Source: Mobula hypostoma
Taxonomy: Eukaryota
Assembly (NCBI RefSeq): GCF_963921235.1
Contig: NC_086109.1
Span: forward strand, 27,344,001-27,408,000
DNA length: 64,000 nt
Direction: 5' to 3'
Shown one piece after another: positions 39,440 through 51,958 of this stretch; position 1 is the first letter of the stretch, and the number at the start of each line of letters is the position of its first letter. The notes under the pieces were generated by a model. It saw only the letters and a program-made list of their open reading frames with translations, did not search any database and had not been told where the DNA came from. The translations under genes were made by a program, and so were the position numbers.

Positions 39440-40103
39440 CCAGCAATGTGGATGTGGGACATCTGTGGTCAGAGAGGCAGAGAGTGGATGCCCCGCAACC
39501 ACCAACACCCCCTCTCTCCAGGTCAGCAAATTGTTGGTGAATTCCAGAGTTGGAGTTCCATGCGAGCAGGAGAAACAAGTTCCAATGGCCCCTTGTGTTT
39601 GCAAATCTGTGAGACCGGAGATTGAAGCCTAGTGTTCAGGGTCCTGCCATCAGTGAGTCCAGAGTTTGAAGTCTGGTATTCAGAGACTGGCATGTCCTGG
39701 GATTGATGTCAAGGTTTGAGACTCAAGAACGGATCAAAAGTCCGGAAGTTGAGGCCAGCTGGCCGGAGCCGGGTCTGTGAGTCCCTGCGAGCCATCTCAG
39801 TAGGCCAGACCCTGGTGTCCACAGGAACCAAGACTATGGCTGCTGGAGGCTTGTTCTGGGGTTAAAGGACTGCATATATGTGGGAGGGAGGACCGGGGAT
39901 TGCTTTTGCTGTTGTTGTTTGTTGCTTTTTGTGTTCTGTGTTGTTCTGCTGAGCATTGTGGGAATGCTATGTTGGCGCTGGAATGTGTGGCAACACTTTA
40001 GGGTTGCTCCAGGCACACCCTTGGGTTCGTTGGTTCTAAGTGCAAATGGCAGATTTCACTGTATGTTTCGATGTACATGTCACAAATAAACTTGAAGCTT
40101 GAA
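39440..40103 (+). mobile_element. Non-autonomous LINE-dependent repeat
   Basis: Homologous to 28400-28858; ends TTTCGATGTACATGTCACAAATAAA(CTTGAA)n. Confidence 0.7.
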
Positions 40104-41607
40104 CAACAAACAGTATTGTTCAAAGCTACATATGGTGTTATTATTGGTACAAGGTATGCATGAAGTCAGATGCTAAGCCAATTTACTGGTGTCACATGTA
40201 TTGAAGGCTCAAGTGGACAAAGAGTTAAATAAACTTGAGCGTAATTCCCTGAACACGGACTGAGATCGCGTCAGTCCACAAAACAATCCCATTACTCATT
40301 AACTTTTCCTGCAATTTAGTTACCCCACCTTCCCATCAATCCTTTCCTCCCCATCTAATTATCTCAGTCACTGGCATACAAAAGGGCAAATTTATAGTAG
40401 CCCAAAAACCTGTCAACCATGGCTTTAGGATGTGAGTGAACTGGAGCATGAAAACGAAATCCATACGGACATAGGGAAAAAAGTGCAACTGGAGATCAGG
40501 ATTGAAGCTGGGTTGCAGAGCCTGTGAGGTGGAAGCTTGCTGCTGCCAACTGAGCCATCAACCTATCCACTCAGCAGAGCTACAGATGATACAAATGTTC
40601 TTTTGACAATGCCCCAGGATCTGCATGCTTATGCTTCCACCTATATATTTATCTGTATGCTTATAGTGATACTGTATGGGTTTGCTATTGGTGAAGATCG
40701 AGGTCTTCAACAATATCCATAAGCGGCTTTATATATACAAAATCGTCAAATGAAGTGAAGTCATCATACAAATTATTTTAGGTCTCAATAGATGTTGAAA
40801 TGAGTTGAATAAAGATGATGTGCAACCACTAATTCTGGATACTAGGTAAGGTATATAGGAGACTTTGTGAGCCTAACATCACATTCCAGAATTGCAAAAT
40901 GGTTTGTGAGAAAGAGAGGTAGTTCACTTAGATGTAAGAGAAGTGAAAACATATTACAGAATGTTCAGTTAAGTAGAATGCCAGGGGCATTTTTGAAAGT
41001 TAGAAGCTGTCACTGTGCTTTGATGCAAAATTGAGGACCTGAGGGCAAGACTGCTGCATCAGAGAGAAATGAGATCCTGTTGTATACTATGCCCGATTGA
41101 AACACGGCTTTCTCTGAGCATGCCACATACAGTGATCAGACCTGAAGGCTTTTCAATTTACATTCTGGACTGAACTGCTGATTCAGAAAAGGCAAAAGGA
41201 GGAGGTGTCGGTTTCATGACAAACTCTTGGTAGTGCTCTAATGTGGCAATTTTGTCAAGTTTAAGTTTCCCCAACTTGGAACACCTAACAGTCAAATGCT
41301 CTCTGTTCTACTTACGGAGGAAGCTCTCATATGTGATTCTGACCATAGTTTACATCCCACCAGCGGCAGACTATAATCAAGCGCTCACGATACTGCATGA
41401 TGCCGTCTCCAGACAAGAAACAGTCCATCCCAATGTATTTCATATCATAGTCAGTGATTTCAGCTAGGCTTGTTTGAAGAAAACCCTGCCCAATTACCAT
41501 CAGCATAATACTTGTAGCACCACAGGTCCCAACTCACTGGACCACTGTTATTACTGAGATAAGGAATGCCTGCCATACTAAGCCTAGACGGCATTTCGAG
41601 AAGTCTT

Positions 41608-41740
41608 AAACACAAGAAAGTCTGCAAATGTTGGAAAACCAAACCAACAAATTGCTGGAGGAACTCAGAAGGTCAGGCAGCTTCTATGTAAGTCGATATA
41701 GACAGTCGACATTTCGGGCCAAGACTCTTCTTCAGGACTG
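41608..41740 (-). mobile_element. PLE tail with hammerhead-like motif, at a deletion junction
   Basis: Minus strand CAGTC CTGAAGA AGAGTCTTGGCCC GAAATGTC GACTG, then the tail. Confidence 0.85.
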
Positions 41741-42330
41741 ATGCTCTTTATCGACTTCAGCTCAGCACTCAATACCATCATCCCTTCAAAATTAATAAAT
41801 AAGCTTCAAGACCTTGGCCTCAATACCCCCTTATTTAATTGGATCCTTGATTTCCTCACTTGCAGACTGTAGTCGGTTTGGATTGGCAACAACATCTAAT
41901 CCATAATCTCCATCAGCACAGGTATACCATAAGGCTGTGTGCTTAGTCCCCTGTCCTACTTGCTTTAAACTTCTTACTGTGTGGCTAAGCACAGCTCCCA
42001 TGCCATAGTCAAATGCCAAATCAAAGAAGGGAAATTGAAAATCTGGCTGAGTGATGTCATAACAACAACCTTTTCTTCAATGTCAGCAAGACCAAGGAGG
42101 TGATTATTGACTTCAGAAGAAGAAAACTAGATGTCCATGAGCCAGTCCTCATTGGCGGATCAGAGGTGAAGAGGGCTAGCAACTTTAAACTCCTCGATGT
42201 TATTATTTTGGAAGATCTGCCCCTTGTCCAGCACATAAGTGCAATTACAAAGAAACATGGCAGTGCCCTTACTTCCTAAGGGATTTGTGGAGATTCAGCA
42301 TGACATCTAAAAGTTTGACAATTATTTTTT

Positions 42331-43025
42331 AGATTATGAGAACACTCAGTCCTCTTTTATTGTCATTTAGAAATGCATATATGCATTAAGAAATGATACA
42401 ATGTTTCTCCGGAGTGATATCACAGAAAACAGGACAGACCAAAGACTAACAGTGACAGAACCACATAATTATAACATATAGTTACAGCAGTGCAAAGCAA
42501 TACCATAATTTGATGAAGAACAGACCATGGGCACAATAAAAAAAAGTCTCAAAGTCCCGAGTTGATTGACTCCTGAGTCCCCGATAGTGGTGGCAAAAGG
42601 GAGAAATTCCCTGTCATAAACTTCCAGGAACCGTCAACTTGCCGATACCTTGGAAGCAGCCGCCCACAGCCGACACTGAGTCCATCTGTCTGAAAACTTT
42701 GAGCTTCCGACCAGCCTCTCCGATACAGCTTCCTGAGCGCCATCCTCTGCTGAGCGCCTTCAACCTCTCCCTGGCCACTGAAACAAGCAAAGCCGACGAT
42801 TTCGGGGCCTTCAGCTCTGGAGATTCTGGTTACCACACAGTAGCAGCGGCAGCGAAGCAGGTATTTCAGAAGTTTTCCAGATGTTCCTCTGTGCTCTCAC
42901 ATCTGTCTCCATCAAATCAGAATTGTGCATGGTACCCTACTTCACAGATAACAGATATTCATGACCGAAGTGGCCACGTGCGCTGTTGCCGCGCTGCCAT
43001 CTTCTCCCCCCTCCCGGGATCATTC
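42331..43025 (-). mobile_element. Young non-autonomous retroelement of about 0.7 kb inserted in the Rex LINE
   Basis: Minus strand starts near GGAGAAGATGGCAGCGCGG; CpG-rich; ends AATAAAAGAGGACTGAGTGTTCTCATAATCT; interrupts host KSLT...RYAVES. Confidence 0.75.
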
Positions 43026-43977
43026 ATAGATTTCCATAGATATGCAGTGGAGAGTATATTGACAGGGTTCATCACAGCCTTTTATGGAAACACCAATGCC
43101 CTTGAATGGAAAATCCTACAAAATGTAGGAGATATGGCCCAGTCCATAATGGTAAAGACTTCCAAACTATCGAGCGCATCTACATGAAACACTGTCGCAG
43201 GAAAGTAACGTCTGTCATCAGGGAACCACACAACCCAGGACATGCTCTCTTTTCACTGCTGCAATAAGGATGAAAGCCCAAGAGCCTCAAGACACACAGT
43301 ACCAGGCTGAGGAACAGTTACTACCCCTCAATCATCAGGCTCTTGAACCAAAGGGGAGAACTTCACCTGCCCCATCACTGAAATGTTTCCACAACCAAAG
43401 GACTCACTTGCAATGACTCTTCTTCTCATATTCTTGATATTTATTGCTTATTTATTTATTATTATTATTTCTTCTTTTTGTACTTGCACAGTTTGTTGTC
43501 TTCTGCACTATGGTTGAACGATTGGGCGGTTTTTCATTGATTCTGTTAGCGTTATTATTCTATAGCTTTATTGATAATGCTCACAAGAAAATTAATCTCA
43601 GGGTTGTATATGGTGACAAATATGTACTTTGATAATAAACTTATTTTGAACTTTTCAGGCTAGTTTTTACAGGACCACAGTGTTCTCACAATGTTGACTA
43701 CATCAACAGATAAAGAATTATGAATTGTAACAGGGGGAAGAGAACCAAATGGCTACAGTCCCTTCAAGGGATGTATCAGAAGGGAGCCTTCCTTCCTCTA
43801 TTACAATATCATCTCTACACTGAAGCTTGCAAGTGATGCATCCACCAATGGAGCTGGAGGCACAATTGACAAAGTTATAGGCGATGGCCAGGAAGTATTT
43901 ATTTTGCATTAATGAAGAACAACAAACATTGTGCTCAGATAGAAAAAATAACTTTGAAAATATTGTTTGAGATTACA

Positions 43978-44465
43978 AAATTCAAAGTACATTCATTATC
44001 AATGTATAGAGTATACAACCAAGAGATATGTCGTTTTGCAAGCAGCCAAAAGCAAAGAACCACAATAGAAACCATTTAAAGGAAAACCCCACACAAGACA
44101 GACAAGTACCCAACGAGTGAAAAAAAGAACAAAGCGTGCAAACAATAAAAAAGTAAACAAATAACATTAACTACTGAGTCCCTGACAATGAGTCCACTCT
44201 CATGGAGCCGCTGAGCTGAGTGAAGCCAGACCAGAAGCCCAATAGCTGCAGGTCACAGCCTTGGAAACAAATCAGTTCAGCACTGAAGCACCTTGATCAA
44301 ATCGTGCAAACAATGAAAAAACAGTAAACAAAAACACAATGAATGTGAACTGCAGAGTCCCCAGAAGTGAGTCCACTGCTGCAGAGCTCATTCAGCACTG
44401 AGGCGAGTGAAGCCTTTTGATGGCAGCAGGGCAACAGTTGCTCCTGAACCCGGTGGCATAGGACA
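43978..44465 (-). mobile_element. LINE-dependent repeat 3' region
   Basis: Reverse tail AAATTCAAAGTACATTCATTATCAATGTAT; internal duplication of GAGTCC...GAGTCCACT...GAGTGAAGCC. Confidence 0.6.
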
Positions 44466-44764
44466 GAAGTTCAACCAGTTACGACTGAGTAACCTTTTAT
44501 GTTTGTCAGTTATACAACCTTTATGGGCCAGTCTTGGATTCAAGTCCATAATTTGCACAATAGTTCCTCAAACATCCAGTAAATGAACTCTTCTTCTGTC
44601 ATAATACTGCATTAACACAGAATACAGAATGCTACACTACATACAACAACAAGGCTGCTCCAAATAAATGCCCACACATACAGAAAGAGTAATATATATC
44701 TAGCAATGATGACTGTCCTTTGCAACAGCAAAACTTACTCAGAAGACTGCGTAATGAAGTGGCT

Positions 44765-45049
44765 CACACAGAAAATGCTGGAGGAACTCAGCAGGCCAGG
44801 CAGCACCTATGAAAAAGAATAAACAGTCAACATTTCAGGCTGAGACCCTTCATCAGGACTGGAAAGAAAAAGGAGAAATTAGAGTTCTCCTCTGACTTCT
44901 CCTCTTTCTTTCCAGTCCTGATGAAGGGTCTTGGCCTGAAACGTCAACTGTTTACTCTTTTCCATAGGTGCTGCCTAGCCTGCTGAGTTACTCCCACATT
45001 TTGTTTGCATTACTTTTGATTTCTAGCATCTGCAGATTTTCTTGTATTT
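44765..45049. mobile_element. Fold-back PLE mini element (285 bp) with opposed hammerheads and a 14-bp TSD
   Basis: TSD GTAATGAAGTGGCT at 44751-44764 and 45050-45063; inverted arms of about 115 bp. Confidence 0.92.
44913..44950 (+). ncRNA. Minimal type-I hammerhead motif
   Basis: CAGTC CTGATGA AGGGTCTTGGCCT GAAACGTC AACTG; core intact, one stem-I mismatch. Confidence 0.75.
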
Positions 45050-45669
45050 GTAATGAAGTGGCTACCCAAGTGTATTCTTGAGTGGTTGTAGTGGTTTGAT
45101 TGATTCATACATTTAATTGGATGAACATATGAAGCCTTTCCATTACAGAAGTTATAAATTATCCTCAAATCTTGACCGCAACACAGAGGAATACTTTGGA
45201 AACCTTATGCTGAGAAAACAGTGAGGAAGAATAGTGGAAGAACTTAGAACATGTAGGACTGTTATTTTGGAGGCAATAACACATGGCTTTATCAATTAAC
45301 CTAAGACAGACAAAGAGCAGAAGAGCTAGACAGTAGCTGCACAGTTTGTTAGATCACAGCCACCAAAAACACTACTCCAAGTATGAAAGTAGCCCATAAG
45401 ATCATTTCAGTGAGTTGATATGACCCACAGTAAGAGAAGAATTGACGTCCTTGGTTCTTAAGTATAACCCTTCAAAATGGATTGAAATAAAGATGCTGAT
45501 GCGATAAATTTGCTGATGATACAACCATTGTTGGCAGAATCTCAGATGGAGATGAGAGGGCGTACAGGAGTGCGATATATCAGCTAGTGGAGTGGTGCCA
45601 CAGCAACAACCTTGCACTCAACATCAGTAACCAAAGAGCTGATTGTGGACTTCCGAAAGGCAATCTCAT

Positions 45670-45707
45670 AGAGATGAAAAGGGAAGGGGGAGGGGGAGGG
45701 AGGGAGG

Positions 45708-45763
<56 letters not shown>

Positions 45764-47822
45764 GAGAGGGGGGAGAGAGAGGGGAGAGAGAGAGGGGGGA
45801 GAGAGAGGGGGGAGAGAGAGGGAGAGAGAGAGGGGGGAGAGAGAGGGGGAGAGAGAGAGGGGGAGAGAGAGAGGGGGAGAGAGAGAGAGGGAGAGAGGGG
45901 AGAGAGAGAGAGGGAGAGAGAGGAGAGAGAGAGGGGGAGAGGGGGAGAGAGAGAGGGGGAGAGGGGAGAGAGGGGGAGAGGGGGAGGGGGGAGGAGGGAC
46001 GGAGGGGCAGGGAGAGGGGGGAGGGAGAGGGTCGAGGAAGAAGGGGAGGGGGAGGGAGGGGGAAGAGAGAGAGAGGGGGAGAGAGGGGGAGAGAGGGAGA
46101 GAGGGGGAGAGAGGGGGAGAGGAGAGAGAGAGGGGGAGAGAGAGGGGGGAGAGAGGGGGAGAGGGGGAGAAAGGAGGAGAGGGGAAGGGGAGGGGAAGGG
46201 GAGGGGGTGGGGGAGAGGGGGAGAGGGAGAGGTGGAGAGAGGGGAGGGGATGAGAGGGAGAGGGGAGAGAGGGAGGGGAGGAGGAGGGAGGGAGGGGAGG
46301 GGGAGGGGGAGGGAGAGGGGGGAGGGGGAGGGAGAGGGAAGAGAGAGGGGGAGCGAGTGGGGAGAGGGGAGAGGGGAGAGGGGAGAGGGGAGAGGGGGAA
46401 GACGGGAGAGAGGAGGAGAGGGGAAGGGGAGGGGGTGGGGGGAGAGGGGGAGAGAGGGAGGGGAGAAGGAGAGGGAGGGAGGAGGGAGGGGGAGGGAGAG
46501 GGGGCAGGGGGAGGGAGGGGGAGGGGGAGGGGGAGGGGGGAGGGGGAGGGAGAGGGGGACCGGGAGGGGGAGGGAGGGGGAGGGAGGGGGAGGGAGGGGG
46601 AGGGAGGGGGAGGGAGGGGGAGGGAGGGGGAAGAGAGAGGGGGAGAGGGGAGAGAGATGGGAGAGAGGGGGAGAGAGAGGGGGAGAGAGAGGAGGGAGAG
46701 AGAGGGGGAGAGAGAGGGGGAGAGAGAGGGGGAGAGAGAGGGGGAGAGAGAGGGGAGAGAGGGGGAGAGGGGGAGAGAGGGGGGAGGGGGGAGTGGGGAG
46801 AGGGGGAAGACAGGGGAGAGAGGAGGAGAGGGGAAGGGGAGGGGGTGGGGGGAGAGGGAGAGGTGGAGAGAGAGGGGAGGGGATGAGAGGGAGAGGGGGA
46901 GAGAGGGAGGGGAGAGGGGAGGGAGGGAGGAGGGAGGGGGAGGGAGAGGGGGGAGGGGGAGGGAGGGGGAAAAGAGAGGGGGAAGAGAGAGACGGAGCGA
47001 GGGGGGAGAGGGGGGAGAGGGGGAGAGAGGGGGAGAGAAGGGAAAGAGATGGGAGAGAGAGAGGGGGAGAGAGAGGGGGGAGAGAGAGGGGGAGAGGGTG
47101 AAGACAGGGGAGAGAGGAGGAGAGGGGAAGGGGAGGGGGTGTGGGTTGAGGGGGAGGGGGAGAGGTGGAGAGAGAGGGGTGGGGATGAGAGGGAGAGGGG
47201 AGAGAGGGAGGGGAGAGGGGGAGGGAGGGAGGGAGGAGGGAGGGGGAGGGAGAGGGGAGGGGGAGGGAAAGAGGGAAGGGAGAGGGTGGAGAGAGAGGGT
47301 GGAGGGGGAGGGAGAGAGAGAGGGAGAGAGAGAGGGAGAGAGAGCGAGGGGGACAGGGGGAGAGAGAGGTGAGAGAGGGTGAAGGGAAGGGGAAGAGAGG
47401 GAAGAGATGGGAGAGAGAGGGGAGAGGGAGGGGAGAGGGATGGGAGAGAGAGGGGAGAGAGAGGGGAGAGAGGGGGGAGAGAGGGGGGAGAGAGGGGGCG
47501 AGAGGGGGAGAGGGGAAGGGGAAGGGGAGAGGGGGAGAGGGGGAGGGGGAGAGGTGGAGGGAGGGGGTGAGAGGGGGGAGGGGAGGGGGGAGAGGGGGAG
47601 GGGGGAGGGGGAGTGGGAGAGGGGGAGAGAGGAGGACACGGGGAGAGGGGGGAGAGGGGGAGGGGAGGGAGGAGGGAGAGGGGGAGGGGGAGAGGGATGG
47701 GGGAGAGGGATGGGGGAGAGGGATGGGGGAGAGGGAAGGGAGAGGGAAGGGAGAGGGAAGGGAGAGGGAGGACAGGGGGAGGGGTGAGGAGGGACGGGGG
47801 AGGGAGAGGGAGAGAGAGAAAA
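45670..47822 (+). repeat. 2.15-kb G/A polypurine low-complexity tract
   Basis: Almost entirely G and A; includes (GA)n and perfect (AGGGAGGGGG)n at about 46565-46630. Confidence 0.97.
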
Positions 47823-48147
47823 TCAAGTTCAAGTTCCTGGGTGTCAACATCTCTAAGGATCTAACCTGGTCCTAACATATTGATGCAACTGTAAAGAAGA
47901 GAAGACAGTGGGCATATTTAATTAGGGGTTTGAGGAGATTTGGTTTGTCACCTAAAACACTTGAAAATTTCTACAGATGTACCATGGAGAGCATTCTGGC
48001 AGGCTGCATTTCAGTATGGTATGTGGGGGTAGGGGGGAACTACTGCACAGGTTTGAAAACTACAGGAAGTTATAAATTCAGTCTCCTCTATCAAGGGTAC
48101 TAGCCTCTGTGGTATCCAAGACACCTTCAAGGAGCGGTGCCTCAGGG

Positions 48148-49048
48148 ATGTAGACAGAGGTAGGCTGTGACGTTCATCCGCATGTTGAACTGGAAGGGGG
48201 GTGAGGAAGGAAGGGAGTTGTTGGTGTGAGGGAGCACTGGGTGCCTTGGCACCTGGACTGCTGTGCTGAGAGGGGTGTGAACAGGAGGGCAATTGTCAAA
48301 CCTATCAAAGAATTGTTTTAACTCATTAGCCCATTAATGGCTGCATTCCGTGGCTCTACAGTTAGGCTGATAGAAGCCAGTGATGTTCTTCATGCTTCTC
48401 CACACCTCCCGTGTGCTACTCTGTTCAAGCTTGTTCTCCATCTCTCTCCTGTATTCCTCTTTAGCCACCTTGATCTTCTCCTTTACCACCACCCGCCCAC
48501 CCCCCCCCAGCACATTTCAGTTCCTCCCTGTCTCCTGATCTAAAGGCTCTCTTTTTGTGGTTGAGAAGAGCCTGCGGGTCACTGGTGGCCCATGGTTTGT
48601 TGCTAGGGAAGCAGCAAACAGTACTTGATGGTATTACAGTGTCCACACAGAAGTTGATGTAGCCAGTGACACAATCAGTAATCCGTTAATCTTCTCCCCA
48701 TGTGGTTCACAAAGCACATTCCAGTCAGTAACCTCAAAGAAGCCATTTAAGGCCTCAATCTCTACATACCACCTTGGCTGAACAGAGGAGCACTTTTGGT
48801 AATAGACTAAGACAACAGCACTGCTCCAAAAAGTGCTATATGAGGTCCATTCTTACCCTTGGCCACTAGGCTCTATAATAAGTGAATTTATAGCCAAGGA
48901 AGTGATGACATCCTCCTGTTAGACTGTTTGAGGTAATTTATTTTTTAATCTTTCTTAATTGTCTTCTAATATTTGTATATCTGTACATTTTTAATGCTAC
49001 TGTGACACTGTAATTTCCTTTGGGATCAATAACATATCTATCTATCTA
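48148..49048. mobile_element. Second Rex1/Babar-type insertion with an inverted 5' part
   Basis: Minus strand at about 48300-48780 reads FPSNKPWATSD..ALLNHKKRAFRSGDREELK; plus strand at about 48783-49048 reads RSTFGNRLRQ...ATRLYN, then 3' UTR and (ATCT)n. Confidence 0.75.
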
Positions 49049-50054
49049 AGGACCCCAGGTCATCCCCTCTTCTCATTGTTACCAGCAGGAAAGCGATACA
49101 GAAGCCTAAAGGCAGACACTTAGCGATTCAGGAACAGTATCTTCCCCTCTGCCATCTGACTGCTAAATGGACAATGAACCCATGAACACTACCTCACTTT
49201 TTAAAATATATTATTTCTGTTTTTGCACTACTTTTAATTTGACGATATATATATATATACACACACTTACTGCAATTGATTTACTTACTTTTTCTCTATA
49301 TTATCATGTATTGCTTTGCACTGCTGTTGCTAAGTTAACAGATTTCATGATATGCCGGTGATATTAAACCTGATTCTGATTATGATCTGATTCTGATTCT
49401 GCAGGGTCATGCACTACTGACCGCACCATAGAAGAGTTTTGATCTACTGTTACAATTAATGATCCCTTGCGCAGTATTGGATGATGATCCAGAGTCTTGA
49501 ATGTTTCGATCGTGACAGATTGTGAAATTAAATGGAATCAAACCTCTCCTCACATCTATTGCCCTCTCAGCCACAAACAGCTCAGCGGTTAATATGCACA
49601 CTGAAAGAGGTTCTAAAAATAAAAGGAGTCCCTGGGAATCAAAATCAGATATCACAATGAAGTTTTGACTAAGAAATGTACCATATGTATAGTACATCTG
49701 AATCACCAAGTGACACAACTCAGCACTATAGAATACGCTCTTGTAGAAATTCTTATGTGCGTAAGATTTAGAAGACGCTTAAATCTGACTTAGCTAAATC
49801 AGCAGGGGAAGGTGGGAAACAAGCTGCTGAATAGAGCAAACATTGCAACATATGCTATAAAGGGAAGAGGTTAAGACTACAGGATTCATTGGCTGATATG
49901 GGAATGTTGGGATATTGGATAAATTGCGAAAACGCACAGCTCTAGAAGTATTTTCCAAGGATTAGTGAGACTTATGTGGTTCATGTAGACCACTTTATCT
50001 CAGTGCAATATAGAAGAGGGAACAAGGATGAATGCTGTGAATCTGAAAATATCC

Positions 50055-50500
50055 CTGTTGTCAGTCCGATATCTGAAACGGTGCATGGCAGAGATAAATC
50101 AAGAGGTGGCACATTCCGAAAGACCCACGATGGACACTGACTCAACAAGACGTCTGCGTGGATTTGGCATGTCATCTAAAACTTTGACAAACTCCTTTAG
50201 ATGCAGAGTGGTAAGCATCCCGACTGGTTGCACCATAATCTATTGACTCACTTTTAAGGACTCTAGAACTCATGTTCTCAGTATTATCTATATGTCTAAT
50301 AATTTATTGTTTTTTTTTTGCTTCTGCACAGTTGAACTTCTTTTGCACAATGGTTGTCTGTCATTCTTTATTTGCTATAGCTTTTCATCAATTCTATTGT
50401 ATTTTTTGTTCCACTGTGAATGCCTGCAAGAAAATGAATCTCAGGGTAGTATATGGTGACACGTACATACTTTGATAAAAAGTTCACTTTGAACGTTGAA
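50055..50500 (+). mobile_element. Rex1/Babar 3' remnants
   Basis: RRLRGFGMSSKTLTNSFRCRVVSI; 3' UTR AATCTCAGGGTAGTATATGGTGAC and (TTGAAC)n. Confidence 0.8.
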
Positions 50501-51059
50501 CATGTTCCCCAAGATCAACCCGAAAAATATCAAACAAAATTAGAAAGTGTGACAATCTGCTTCACCTCACTACCTTTGAAAAGAATGTCATAAAGTACAT
50601 CTACACATGTGACGTGTCATTATCAATGCATTTGATCATATGTGTAGCATTGCACACATCAGTACAGCTTAAGAAGCACTTCAAGTTAATCTGATACTCC
50701 TTTTACATCTATGGTAATGCACACCAAACTTACCAGAGTATATATCTTATAGTTAAAGTACTTTTTACAACCCCAGGATGTTCCAAAATGTTTACAATTA
50801 GAGTTTCCATTTGAGCTGTAGTCACAGAGGAAATGCAGCAGTAAATAGTGTGCAGATTAATATGAATCAATACAATGGACAGCAGGAACATTCTGCTGAC
50901 AATTTATTAGTAAAAAGTTTGTAGAATGCAGATGAGTAGCTTATAAATTACAATTAGTGGCTACTTTATTAGGTACATCTGTTTGTTAATGCAAATATCA
51001 AATCAACCAATCATGTGGCAGTAACTCAATGCATTACAAACACGCAGACATGGCCAAGT

Positions 51060-51958
51060 GGTTCTGTTTTAATGGGAGAAGGGGGTAAAACAAGAAGGGA
51101 AGGAATTATTTTGACTCAACTTAGAATTGGGCATACTATGCTTAATTATTCCTTATATCTTGTTGGAAAATATAATTCTGTGTTTTGTAGGTTTTGTCAT
51201 CATCATGAAACAGTTGAACATATGTTATTACAGCATGAAGCACATAAGGTTGAATGCTGGCTTCATCACAATCTTTGAGGGTTGATAGTTTTAATTTTAA
51301 AATGTTAATTTAATTCACTGTATTGTCTTTCATTACTTTATACTTTATTGTCGCCAAAAAAATTGATACTAGAACGTACAATCATCACAGCGATATTTGA
51401 TTCTGCACTTCACACTCCCTGGAGTAAATCGATAGTAAATATTAAAAATTTAAATTATAAATCATAAATAGAAAATAGAAAAGGGAAAGTAAGGTCGTGC
51501 AAAAGAACTGAGAGGCAGGTCCGGATATTTGGAGGGTATGGCCCAGATCTGGGTCAGGATCTGTTCAGCAATCTCAACATAATTGGAAAGAAGCTGTTCC
51601 CAAATCTGGCCGTATGATTCTTCAAGATCCTGAGCCTTCTCCCGGAGGGAAGAGGGACTAAAAGTGTGTTGGCTGGGTGGCTCGTGTCCTTGATTATCCT
51701 GGCAGCACTGCTCCGACAGCGTACGGTGTAAAGTGAGCCCAAGGACGGAAGATTGGTTTGTGTGATGTGCTGGGTTTTGTTACTTACAACCTATATGGTT
51801 TTTTGGGGTAGCTTAGCTTTCATTTGAAAAGAAAAGTAGCAAGGGTGTTTTTTCCCCAAATCACTACACCACATTCTGGTCCAATTGGTGGTGGTAATGC
51901 ACTTGTAAATTGGACTGCCAACTGCCGATAAAAGTCAAAAGAGGAAGAAGAAGAGAAG
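51060..51958 (+). mobile_element. I/Nimb-clade LINE 3' end
   Basis: RREGIILTQLRIGHTMLN...CRFCHHHETVEHMLL zinc-knuckle region; tail GGTGGTAATGCAC...(GAA)n. Confidence 0.8.
51325..51778 (-). mobile_element. Rex1/Babar 3' end nested in the Nimb fragment
   Basis: RIIKDTSHPANTLLVPLPSGRRLR...NSFFPIMLRLLN. Confidence 0.85.

Larger units (their letters stand above)
41005..43656 (+). mobile_element. Rex1/Babar LINE, internally deleted and interrupted
   Basis: APE endonuclease motifs (LRARLLHQREMR, KGGGVGF, TIVYIPP); [14 protein letters not shown] and GCVLSP; C-terminal RYAVESILT; (TTTGAAC) tail. Confidence 0.9.
45503..49400 (+). mobile_element. Rex1/Babar LINE 3' half, interrupted twice
   Basis: KFADDTTIVGRISDGDERAY...WCHSNNLALNIS (45503-45660); KFKFLGVNISKDLTWS (47823 onward); LFSLLPAGKRYRSL (about 49065); (TTCTGA)n tail. 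Confidence 0.9.

Noticed and set aside
42639..43187. 182-aa ORF as a novel gene
   Set aside because: Chimera of antisense repeat sequence and the Rex LINE C-terminus.
45580..47875. Long ORFs (504-756 aa) rich in G/E/R or P/L/S
   Set aside because: By-product of a polypurine tract with few stop codons; not a gene.
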